Source: Podarcis melisellensis
Taxonomy: Eukaryota
DNA length: 64,000 bases
Assembly: GCA_964234715.1 (NCBI GenBank)
Contig: OZ174291.1
Direction: 5' to 3' (one strand)
The position numbers and the translations under genes were made by a program. Below the pieces are notes generated by a model. That model ran no database searches. It worked only from the letters and a program-made list of their open reading frames with translations, and had not been told where the DNA came from. Of this stretch, positions 14,242 through 26,700 are shown piece by piece. Position 1 is the first letter of the stretch. Each line of letters begins with the position of its first letter.

Positions 14242-14318
14242 CATGACAGAGTCAGGTTAATAGGCAGAGCCTTGTCCCTGCTTTCAATTGTCTGTAGCGC
14301 TGTATATCATGTAACAAT
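14242..14318 (-). CDS. MTMR3: MTMR3 exon carrying 5'UTR and ending in the start codon (ATG 14244-14242)
   Basis: Acceptor TTTTGTCTTTCAG; exon ends GTCATG|GTAAGC; splices in phase 0 to DEETQHSL, giving the MTMR3 N-terminus MDEE. Confidence 0.85.
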
Positions 14319-15604
14319 CTGAAAGACAAAATTAGAAAGTGAGTAAACAGGGCAACACATTTACTATTAGTAAATAAGTCACCGATATTCACTTGAATTC
14401 TAAATAACTCAAGTACAGATGTAAGAAAACAGAGTTCAAACGACAAAATATAGGCAAAGGCATTTAATTAACTCCATTTGATTTTTTCAAAGCGTAACTG
14501 CCTCATTCAAATTTGTTCTGAATTTTTGGTTGCTGGGTTTCCTTAAAAGACTGATTTGAACTTGCATTATAACAGATGTCCATGCTGCAAAGCAAACCAT
14601 TTCTGAAGCTCTGAAGAGTCTGAAAAAATGGTACTGGAATCTGCCATTCAAAGAATAAAAGTAAAAACAAGTCCCGCAGGGTGCACTTAACTCCTGAGGC
14701 ACATCAAAAGTAGCTCTTTGGATTTTGGCTGTTCTATTTATTAACCAAGCTCACCTGCCATGATGATGAATTCACTTTTAACGTCACTGTTAACAGTGAA
14801 CCTCAAGAAAGGTAAAAGTCACGCAATTCTGTGGGCTGCCATTTAGCCTACTAACATAGAGATCTGCAATATGTTTAACTACCTGGAATATCACTACGAA
14901 ATACAGCCTTCCGAGAAGCCCAATAGCCCTCTAAAAGTTCTAACTTTATTTATTTAGAAGGCTGATATCCTAACTAAGCCCTCAAATGAATCAGGGCTGC
15001 TTACAATACTCTCCCTATTATGCCTAACTAAAAAGTTAGAAAGTCATTATACTACAGAGTTAGAAGAAATGTCCTGGAAAGAAGTCTAATAATGAGTTTA
15101 TTGTCTATTACAGGAAAATTTTGTGCCAGCTTTCTGTGCAACAAATTCAGAGCCTGGGTTAATGGCCATAATATGTTGGGGGGGGGGGGAGAAATACCTT
15201 GGCTACTAAGAGGCTGAGATTTCATATTTTTCATATTTCATTTCTTTATAGCTTCTTTAATGGTTTGTTGACTTTAATAAACATCTGATTGATTGGTCTA
15301 ACTAAACTGTATTAGGAAGAGAATTAACTAAAACACTGCTGTTTAACTTTTTAGCTATTCAGGGATCAGAGCTGCCTAATAACTGGAGCTTGCAAATATT
15401 TGTATTTTTTTTTTAATACAATGCAGCTTACAACAAGCAAGTTCACAGTTTCACAATAAAAACTACAACACCAAGACAAAACACAAATACTGTAGAATAC
15501 AATACAATGGCAAAAGGCAGAACCGATAAAGCAAACTGCTTCATCAAGGCAAAGTCTGCCTTTAAAAATAAGAAAGTATTCAACAACTTTAACTTTAACA
15601 AGTT

Positions 15605-15630
15605 GTGTGTGTGCGTGTGTGTGTGCGCAC

Positions 15631-15668
<38 letters not shown>
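15605..15668. repeat. (TG)n microsatellite
   Basis: Seen directly. Confidence 0.95.
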
Positions 15669-15669
<1 letters not shown>

Positions 15670-16784
15670 ACCCTGACTTCTTGGGGCAATGTGCTGAACA
15701 GTTTGAGTGGACTGAGAAGGCCCTCACTCTCACCCCAGTCAAACAATCCTTCCCCAAAGATGGGACATAGTGAAGGGCCTCCTCTATATCCAATGCAGTG
15801 GGCAAGGTGATATGAGAAAGGCAGTCCGATTAAATTCAATAATAACTCATTTATGAAGCCTTTTGGCAGCTTTCTACTAGCGTCCATTCGGCAACATGGC
15901 TTTCCTAAAAGGCACTCTGATTCTTACTGAGTAGCAAAGAACTTCTGAGCCTGCAAGTGCAAGGAAACAGGACTGCAGAGACTGGTATGGCTCAGATGTG
16001 CAGCTTGGTTGCCTCTCCAACATAGCATGCAGACCATGCACTGCTGAAGCTATGTTGTGTGGAAGTGGGGCTAACCCTGCCCACACCTGTGAAATTCCAC
16101 TCACATTGAATGGTGCATCACACACACACACACACACACACGTGTGTTCAAGGCAGTTATGCTCGCAACTGAAATATTACCACAGGCAATGCTGTCATGT
16201 TCACCTTATGCCTATCCATACTTCATGACATAATCCAAGACAATACAGAACAAAGTAAGATTAGAAAGGTGCAGAATCATAACAGCTTCACGTACAAAGC
16301 CTATGTCAGTCTTTCCTAACTGGAGACTGAATGGAGTAGAGGCTACAGGATGAAGCAGGTAAGAGTGGAAAGCTTTTTGGTCCACATAGCTGGCTCAACT
16401 GAAAAGGGAAATGAATAGCTCCATAACAAGGTTACCACCAGATGAATCAGAACAAACTGCTACTCCCTATTTCTGCCTTTGTAATCATATGGAATACCTC
16501 CAATTGTGCACAGAAATATGCCACAAATGGGGGCACACCCTTCTATCTTTTGCTAATCAACTGGCAGTAACTTGCCAGGGTTTAAGGCTGGGTTCTTTCC
16601 CAGTTATACCTGGAGATGCCAGGGAATGAACTGCCGGCCTTGTACATGCAAAGCACATGCTCTAACACTGATGTGTGGCCCTTCCCCATACATTCACATT
16701 CTGCAGATGTGGACTACCAGAAGGTTCAACACAGTAAGCTGAGATGCTTAAGCTTCATTTTTTGCTAACCATCTATTAACTTAC

Positions 16785-16849
16785 CAGCTAGTACCAGAAT
16801 ATTCCTTCCAAAAATTCCAGGCGTTGGTTCAATGTTCTGTTGCTTCAAA
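16785..16849 (-). other. MTMR3: candidate MTMR3 non-coding leader exon (65 nt)
   Basis: Acceptor TTTCGTTCTTTCTGCTTTCAG and consensus donor CTG|GTAAGT on the minus strand, between exon 1 and the ATG exon. Confidence 0.55.
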
Positions 16850-19800
16850 CTGAAAGCAGAAAGAACGAAAGGCCATGCTGTAATCAAACTGAATTCATGG
16901 TTATTTGGTGTATGCCACCTCAGAAGCCTGCTTAACTAGCCACAGCAAAATATAAATACTAGAAATGAACAGCCTTCATCCCAAAATAGCATTTAAGCAG
17001 TAAAGGTAAACTGTTATTTCTAACTCTCCAGTTCATCCATTCTTCTAATCTTAGCACTGCTTTCAAGATGTCCATGCCCGAAAATGTATTTTTCAGTAGC
17101 TTGTACCCGTTTGGAGCTCACTTTAGGAAGCAAGAACAATTGCATAAAGGATAATTAATAATTTTGGAAGTTGGGGGTAGCCGTGATCTCAGCTGAGCTT
17201 GAAATACAGAACGCAAGGTAGATTTCAAGTGCTTACTCAAAATCCAGTGATATCATTTTTTAATTTTTTTACTGATTGTACTTATATGACCCCTTTCAGG
17301 GCAAAGTCCTCTGAAACCAGTTTGATAATTTGCTTCATTCACACACACAAACACTCCAGAATATTTTGGCATCATATTTACAGCAGAAACATTGTCCAGT
17401 ACAATCCATTCCCAATCCCAACAACTTTCCTTTTATGTTTCCACCTGTGAGCCATCCTGCCACTAAAACAGTCCACTAAAACCTACTGTCTTAGCTAGTC
17501 TGAAACCTTTGTTTTAATGATGGAAAGATTACAAACTTTGTACAGCACTCCCTTTCAGGTAAGGTTAGATTGTCTTGACTTGACTGCTATTTAAAACCCT
17601 TCGAATCTGCACAACAGGCAGTAATTCAGCAGGTCAGAGCTGTAACTAGGCACACTGGAGCAATGCCCGAGTGCACCTCCTTCTCCTTTCCAATATATCC
17701 ATTTCATAAGGGTTGATGCAAAATCCTGAAAACATATTTTGCTGAAAACAAGGAAGGGAGAGACTAGACATGGTCTGGGTGGAGATAGTTGTGGTCATGG
17801 AGCAAGACTTTCATTTAAAAGGACTGACCAAGACATTCCCCAGAGCTGTTGCTTCTGCAGTCGTTTCTTCACCCACACACTTGTTTGTAAGTTTCAACTT
17901 TTCTTCCCCACAAGAGGAAATAACAAGAACAGAACTGGCAAAAACTCCACCAGGTGGGGAAAGAAGAAAAAAAAGGAAACGGTCTGTGGCTTGTTCCACA
18001 TGATGATGCCTGACACAATAAATATTACACAACACTTTGTATACAAAGGTATATAAAATGAACACATGCACTGACAAATATCTGAAATCAATTTCGCAGG
18101 ATGTATATTTAGCACCATGTACCCTGTGGATATTGGCAACCAGACCCAGCTCAGTTTCCCCAATCCAGTTAATTTCTCAAAACACCTGCCTTTTAATTCT
18201 CACGCGAGAAACTAGTTTAAGCGCCACTTGCTTACAAATATGACAAACTGTTCAAGCTCCTCTTCAAAAGCTGCAACCTTGTGCAAGCTTCCTTGAGAGG
18301 AACCCTTGCAAGGCTAGATTCTCAGAAAATATACATAGCATTGCGCCTCTATGTTTGCCACAAGCTCTTAAGTGGTATCTCAAGCAAACAGGGATGCATG
18401 TGATGATGACATGCTGAAAAACAGAACATTCTTAAGACAGCTTCCACTGATAACACAAGTCCTCCTAGTTTAGCCTTAAGACGCCTTGCATCCCTGTGAG
18501 GGGGAAAGGCAGGATATAAATAAATATCATAAATATTTATGTAGAAGGTCCCAGATTTAACAAGTAAAGATTTCCAATAAAATAAAATTATACATACATA
18601 CATACATACCCCGCCCATCTAGCTGGGTTTCCCCAGCCACTATGGGTGGCTTCCAACAAAATATTAGACAATACTGGAGTACATGGACCAATAATCAGAC
18701 TCAGTATTAAGAAAGCTACATGTATTCATATTTTCAAACTTGCACACATGCAAATATTCCAGCTTTCAAACTTTCATCATCCCTTCTTTGCACAGTATTC
18801 ACTGCCTTCCTTTGTTTGAACTTCTACAAAGCATTTCTATTCCTCCTTACCCGTGGAGGATAAAATGCCATTGTGGCAGATTTGTCCTTTCCATCACTGA
18901 AGCCTGTGTGGCTTTTACTAAATACTTCCAGTGGGGTAGCAGTTTTTTTGAAGCATGAGTAAGTTCCTACTTGGCAGACATTAAAGTCTGACATCACGCC
19001 CGAGAATGAGATGGCTCGTTTCCACTTTGCGGGTATAATGGAATAATTCTTACTGCACATTTCATTATCTTGCAATTCACACACAGGAGTTATTAAATGG
19101 CATTATAAGAATTTAGGTTTTATTTTTACAGTCTTCCTGAAATAAACAAAAGCTAGAATGCAACAGAACTGCATCAATTACAGTCTGTACAGGCCATGGG
19201 CTAAGGAAAGTACTTGTGGGAAAACTTACTGCATGTCACTGAAAGCAAAGTTTGCATTTTTAAAGTGGCATACTAAAAAGGGATTTTAAAAAGAAGTGCT
19301 AAGTGTGCCACAGGCCCAGGCCAAAGTATGAGTCAGTGCCACACAAAAACGGCCTGTTTCTCATGCACCAGTCTTTTGAGAAGCAGCAGGTCTCAGGATT
19401 TCACACTCCTCACTCTGACACAGCCAAAAGAAGGAAATTGGAAGCATTTGTTTCTAAACCAGGGTTATGTCCAACTCAAGGAAGTAGTTAATTTGAACCA
19501 GTGATGGTGCTGAACAGATGAAGTTGCAGCACCACATTCAAAAGGAAGAATCAGGAGCACATTTCCTTTCCATCCACTGCTTGAATTCAGCATTTTTTTT
19601 GTTGCCATGCACAGCAGCAGGGGGAAAAACACCAAATTCAAAAAGCATCAAATTCAAGCTGGAAAGGAAGGATCAAGAGAACTATTAAGAGTGTACTTCC
19701 AATTCTCCCTTTGCAATCACAGCCTGAATTCAAGCAATGGCTTGCAGTTTGAATCACTTGATGGCATGTGATGTTAGGTGACATTTGTCTATGGAGAACT

Positions 19801-21764
19801 GGCCACTTCTGGATCTGGTCCTGTAGTCAGGTCCATTTCCCTAAGCTTCATTTAAATGATGATTTGTTAATAAGCCAGGATTATAAACCATGGTTTGATC
19901 CTTACCATAATTCTCCTGAGCTCAGAAGAACCCTGGAAATTTAAAAGGCATGCACAAAGCTGTTCAATTTCCTCTCCTCAGCCACACTGGAGGAAAGGTC
20001 ACTGGAGGAGAGGTCAAGGTGTGATAATCCTTCTCATGAACATAGCACTGAATTATGGTTTTACATTGCATGCAAAACAGACCTACATATGCTGAACAGC
20101 GCCTCTTGATTGCTGGCTTCATCTATCAATCCTAAATTATGGTTTTAATCTTCCTCCTTGAATTGTTATTCCACTTTGATATTTCTTAAAAGGTTGAGAA
20201 ATTATTGTGTTTTGTTTTGTTTTGTACAATCCAAGCTGCTTCAGACCTTGGTTTTAGGTAAAAATGATGTAGCACAAATAGAACAAAATGCATGTATCTG
20301 ATGGAGCCACACTCAAACCACTAGTACTACTGACTTAGTCTATGCAGGCCAAGCCATAATACCCACTACCAAGTGATGAAATACAACTCCAAGTTGAAGA
20401 CCAGAGCTTTGCAACTCTGTGCCTTGCGAATGAAGCACAGATGATGGATACAGAATTCCTCCTACACAGGAGGTTGATGGGGCCAGTTCCCCGGAGATTT
20501 CCAAAGTGATCCTAAATCAAAGCAGAAGTTTCAGCTCTGTCCTTTATTCTTCTCTGGACAGAGGTTACTCCCCCCCCCCCAAAAAGTTATTTGTAGTCTC
20601 TGTGTAGTGGTGTATGTGAAGTCCACAGCTGTCCAAAATAGCATTTGAGAAATGAGTGGCTGCCTCTTTTTTTATTACCTTTGCAACCCATTATGAACGT
20701 TGCTCTGAGCATCTCTATATAGAAAAATCCCTTCAACCATCTTATTGTCTTATTACTGTTCTTTGTCCTTCTGTTTAACCTTAAACAACTTTGATACAAA
20801 TATATATAGAATGATCCGGGACAATTTCATATTATATCAGATTACCTCTATTGTAACCACAGCAGTAACTTCTAATGAGAGACAGCAGTCACTTCAGAAA
20901 AATGTGACATGACTGCTTGAAGAATGATTACCGTAGTTAGCCCCAGAAACAAAAGATAGGCACCGGAACTGACTGGAAGAAGTTCCTTTCTGTGACAAGA
21001 TTCTTGAGCAAAAATTATCAAAACGCTTCTCTTTCAAGATGCCCTGAATCTTGGATGGAGACATGAGCCCCCATGGCCTAGTCAGACCTACATACCTCAC
21101 TGTCTCTTCAGTTGGCAGTACATGTTTCTCCCTTAGGCAAATGAAAGCTGGGAGATGGAGGGGGGGGTTGGTACGTTTCAAACTTCTGACATGCTTTCCA
21201 GATGTTTGGCCATCACTGTACTGAAGTTTAATTAGCCTTCACAAACCTCATGCCCTCCAGATGTTTTGGCTCCTTTGCCATCACCTGCACAGAATTCCCT
21301 GTCACCTGTGGCTACCAGGTTATTATTGATATCAGCCTTCCCCAACCGAGTGCCCTCCAGGTGCTTTGGACTACAACTCCTGCCAGCCTCAGCCAGCTCT
21401 GCTATGCTCCCATCCACCTTAGCATCATATGACTGTGCTGGCTGGGGCTGACAGGAGTAGTAGTTCAAAATATCTGGAAGGCACCAGGCTGGGGAAGACT
21501 GAATGAGACAAAGAATCTTGTCCAGTGGCTGCTATTATTTTGTTTTCCAAATTGATAAAAATCTCAGTCATTTAGGGAACAGGGTTGCATTAACTGGAGA
21601 GAGGTTCAGATTACATTTCTATTGCAAAGCTCAACATCTGTGTTTTCCATTAGGTTTTATCTCTTCCAGTACTAGTGACCAAGCAGCCAATCTCTTTTTT
21701 TAGCGGCCCTTCCCGTAGGAAAGGCTAACTAGGAGGGTTGTTCAGTACCACTGCTGGAAGGTGC

Positions 21765-21850
21765 TAGGTGTCAAACAGTGTGTAGCTGTGTAGGTGTCAA
21801 ACAGTGCTAGGTGTCAAACAGTGTGTAGGTGTCAAACAGTGACACCTACA
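21765..21850. repeat. four copies of TAGGTGTCAAACAGTG plus a terminal inverted copy
   Basis: Units at 21765, 21791, 21808 and 21826; TGACACCTACA at 21840-21850 pairs with 21824-21834. Confidence 0.9.
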
Positions 21851-23554
21851 AACCTACACACTACCATGCCCCAGGGCAGAAGTGTTGTAAAAAACAAACA
21901 CTACTTGGTCCACCAAAAACTGTAGACCCCTGCAAGCAAAACTACATAAACCAGAATAATACATTCGAAACACATGATATTCACATTTGAGAAAGAAAGG
22001 ACTGAGCTGAGATCCCAAGTCAAAACGAAAACCAAACAAACTGCTCTGTCCTGTACAGAAGAACAATCTATATTCAAAGCTTTAATCCATAAACCAAAGC
22101 CTACAAGAATGTCAGCAGTGGGAAAATCATTAGATCTCAATAAATGTTTGCTTAACAAAAGAAAATTAAACATGGGGAGGGGGCAGCATGATCCTTCCAA
22201 AATGAAAAGGTACATTATCTTTCTGTGGGAGTTTGTCTAATAAAGAAGAAAGGTTCACTGCATACAGACAAAGAGCATAATGTGATTATGAGCACCCAAC
22301 CAGAATATAATGCCCCTGTTCACAGCAAATTCCTGTTACCAGGAGTATTAACAACAGTGAAGATAGAAGGATTCCCACCAAATGTCCTATTTCCTTACAA
22401 ACTTGCATCCAATATGTATTGATTCCACCATAAATTGAAAATCCAAAGCTACAGCTTTCCTCTTCCTATTTAACAGTTTCTTGATTGGCAACAATTCAAC
22501 TAGATTTCATGCATCTGGTAATATAGATGCAATGTAAAATGTTGCCATGGACTCTTGGGAAACAAAATTTGGTCCGCAGTTATAGCTCAATAACTGTATT
22601 CAACAAAAGCATATCATTATTTCTTTTGATGTGACAGATAACAGTTTTAAACCGGCAGTTTTGTAATTAGGTAACTCTGTTATCTAGCAGTCTCTGTTCA
22701 ATCCATGAATAGTAGCTCCCAAGGCTAAGGAATCGTGGGCACCTAACAGTCGTAAGGACCCATTGCCAGCAATATGAACATTTTCTCCATGCATCATCTT
22801 CCCCAAAGTAACTTCTCAGAGCTTCTCAGACCTCAGCAGGAATATCCCCTCCTAAATTACTGCCTCTAGTATTGACCAGACTTCAAACTGATAATTGCAG
22901 GGCACTGATCTATAGAAGCGAAACTATAAGCTAATCACATGGGAGATGGAGAGGCCACATATACACACATCACTTTTTTCTGGGATGGATCAACTCTTTA
23001 CTTATCAGCAGCAAGATGTTCATGTTTGTGTGAGATAAGACGAATTGGCGAGAAGAGGGGAAGTGGCTTTTCTAAGAAGTGCAGTACACAACACTGTAGG
23101 TTCAGATCCTTCACTTTTTCCATCAAGCAATCTGGAAATCAGTCCATGATCAGCTGTTCCTTTTGTGAGTCTTTACAGAGGCTAAATGGCTTCGCAAACC
23201 CTGAACTCAGTGAGTCTCTAGAATTCCATTTCCTGAGTGTCTTTCCACAGTCCTTGAAGTACGTTTTTATTTAGTTCTGCTGCTTTATGAAGACATTGGA
23301 GCTCTCAGCTTGATGCCCATTCTGGCACATCTGAACCCCGATTCCTCCTTCCCGTTTTCCGGAGTATTATTGCAAGCTCTCCCCCCCCCCTTCATTCTCT
23401 ACTCCTCCTGCCAGCTTTTGAATTCTCATCGCAACTTCCTCTTCCTTTTTCCTCAGTATCTGAAGCAATTCACCACAAAATCTCACTGCAACATCAGCCC
23501 TCACTCATCCTGCTTGTCTCATCAGTCTTAACTGTTAAATAGTAAACTGCAGAA

Positions 23555-23774
23555 CAGGGGTGTCCAAAACGTTGATCCTGATATACTAGTCGATCGTGGG
23601 GTGCCCCTGGTTGATCCCGTGATCCTGAGCAATCAATCACCCGGGGGGGGGGCTCAAAAACTTTGGTTCATCCTCTCCTAAAAAAGCTCAACTTGATCAA
23701 TCCAATGGGTAGATCACTTCCAGTTTTTTAATAGTGGGAGTAGATCACAGTCTCTTGGAAGTTGGACATCCCTG
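23555..23774. mobile_element. non-autonomous hAT element
   Basis: TIRs CAGGGGTGTCCAA / TTGGACATCCCTG; subterminal GATC repeats; TSD decayed. Confidence 0.75.
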
Positions 23775-26700
23775 CCATAGAGTTTCTCAATAAAATTTCA
23801 TTTCTGGAAAAACTCATCTTGTCTCCACTGATCCCTTGAAAACGCAACTATCCTAACTAAATGATCCAAGTTACGTATACTTCGCTCTCCTGTGTTCCAG
23901 TGTTAGCTTCTGAGCCAGCCCAACAGGACAAACAGCAGCTTCTGGCAGAATACCATCAGAGCTGCTGTAAGAAATGGTTCTATTATCACATGTTAAGATT
24001 ACCCCCCACTCCCCTACCATTCATGGAAGAGATTGTTCTCTGAACATGGAGTAGTAGTCTACAGACATGTTAAAAGACATGTTTCCTAAGTATAGTAACA
24101 CTCTTCTTCAAGCACAGCCTGCAGAGAGCTGCAGTGCTGGGGACTGAGACTTAGAGGAATTTCTCCCTATAGATTAAGATGATCTGCTGCTGCTTCTTGT
24201 GTCTTTTATGAGACTTCCTGTGTTGTGAGGGGACATGGCCATGAATCTGGACACTCAGCATTTCATTTCTTATATTAATAAACCTCCAGTCCACTGAAGA
24301 AATCAAGGATGTACCTATCTCTCCTAAGCTTTCCCCCTTTTTTTCATGAGTCACTTTTTTAAAAGACTGTAAACCAGCATACCATTCTTCAAAAAAGAAT
24401 GCAACAGCAATGCTAAGGGCAAGAGTGAACATGATGGAGGAAGAGAAAGGTATTTCAAATTCCTAGAAACCATACCAGCTTTTTCAGTACTAGCTCTTTG
24501 AGATGGTGAATCAATATTTTGAAGTCCTAGATACTAACATATTGATTTTTCAGGGAGTTTATGTCCCCCCCCCCCCGCCACAAGCTGGGACAATAGATTT
24601 TAAAACCCTGAATTAAGGGAGCTGGTATAGATAATCAAGATTGTGAGATGCTTTTGCAAGCATAAGAATGAAAACCAGTGATTCCACACATGATGGCTGG
24701 GTGGGTGCCGGTTCCAAGAACAGAATTGCCGAAGGGCTGGCCCTTATCACGCTCAAATTAAGGACTTAATAGGAATGGGTACAACTAGGTAACTGCCCCA
24801 GACATTCTGAGCAAACAGAACTGTATTACAAATTGTAAACAATTTATTCAGTGAGTGGACAAAATTTTATGTTACTGTGGTGGCATTAAATTGATATGAA
24901 TCAAAACTGACTTCACAATTCACAGATTTAATATAAACAAACCTGTACCTATCAGTCTTACTTATGCAACCTGGAAGCAGTTGCACAAATAATACAATAG
25001 AAATATGCAGGACAATGAAATACTAAAAACACTCCATTTTCCATTTTGAACAAGTATACCTTACAGAACTGTAACAGTGAATTCATTATGGAGTTTAAAT
25101 GTGCTCTGGGTAAATTTCACATTTGTTCCAAAAATACTTTATACTTCATTCTTTGGTTCCCTCCCAACTTAGGTGTTCTCCAGAAGGCTGCAGAATGTAA
25201 CTCCAAGACCACTGACTTTAAAAAGTTGTGGAATTTCGGCAGTAAACACACAGGTGCTGAAATTCTCATTTCTCACCAATGAAAGCACTTCTTAAAATTG
25301 ATTAAGTACAAGGGAATACTGTTGCAGTTATTAGTACCCTTGGAAGAACCACACTTTTCTTTTCTGCCTAGGCTCATGTCAACATCAACAAGTAGAAAGA
25401 GACCAGTAACTTTAAGACAAAATGCATGCAGTTGACCAAAGGCCTACTTTTGACAAGTAAGACTATATACTGGGGGGGGGGGGGAGAGAGAGAGAGGAAT
25501 GCAGCCATAATAAGTTAGAGCTACTAGCAGTCTATAATCCAGGTATAGTAAACACCAACTGTACCAAATTGAAAGCAAGGTTTTTCATTTGCTCCAGTGG
25601 GTGAGAGGGTGGTGACCAAACAAGATCCAAGAAGCTGGTTCTGTAGTTTTCATCCCTGGCTTGGTTTTACATGAAAACTGGAATGCTGTACTCATGATAC
25701 TTTGACTTGACCTGTAGCACGCTTGCTTAAAAGGTTGGCTGTCAGCAACATAAACCTTTCTATTTAAACAGAAATACACTAAATATCTAAAGGCAGCCAA
25801 TTTGTTCTCCAGCAGAGTACATTTGTTTAACTTTTTAAAAAACTAAAGTAAATCTGTAGAATCATAACTGACAGGGACACAATACCATCTTGTCTAAACC
25901 TACTAAATGATTGTAAATTCCACATTCTCTTAAGTAATGAATTATCATCTTGCTGTTGCTGCTGTAAAACTCCCCCCTCCGTTTTCAGTCTAGCTTCCTG
26001 TAGTTTAAACCCACTGCTTCTTAGCCAATCTTCAGTGCAAAATTTAAACAGCTTTTTCGGTATGTATTTGACAACAGTCAACATTATAACAGCCTCACAA
26101 ACAAGTCCCCACAAAGGTAGAAAAATCCTTTATGAGCTAAACTCACAGTTCCTTCAGCCTTTCTTCATATGTCTTCTAGATCCCTTCAGCATCCTCAATG
26201 TTCTTTTTTAAGTCAAGGTAATTGGTTCCTTTTATCTATTAATTTATCAGGAACATAACAGAAAATTAAGTTACTTAAGTTAAAATTAAGTTTAATTCAG
26301 AAAATTAAGTTACAACATATATTACTTTAACCAATAGACTATACCAGAGAAAGTTCATAACTTCATATGACGTTTATGTTTAGAGAAAACAAGGAAGACC
26401 ATTTTTTTAAAAAAATTATGATGAATTAAAAGAGTACTCCACTTCCAGCATGAAATGCGGCTGGTAAAGGGTTACAAATCAAAGACAGGCACAGAAACAA
26501 GAAATAGGTACAGTATTCCCTTCCCACAAATCAGACAAGATATTTGCATATTAGAAATTTCATTATGGGACTAGTGACAGTCCTAGAGCCAAAGGAAGAA
26601 GGGGTTCCAATTATAAAAGCTTTGCAAATAAGACTCCCAGAATTACTAGCCCACCATAATTCTTACTGTTCACCTGATAAGGCATTACAAAATAAATTGT

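Noticed and set aside
15366-16228. HT/VC-repeat ORFs
   Set aside because: Translations of (CA)n/(TG)n microsatellites.
21765-21850. CRISPR-like direct repeats
   Set aside because: No unique spacers of regular length, no cas genes, and a vertebrate intronic context.
22939-23531. Coding-looking stretch in MTMR3 intron 1
   Set aside because: No sustained frame or recognisable motif; cannot be assigned without a search.
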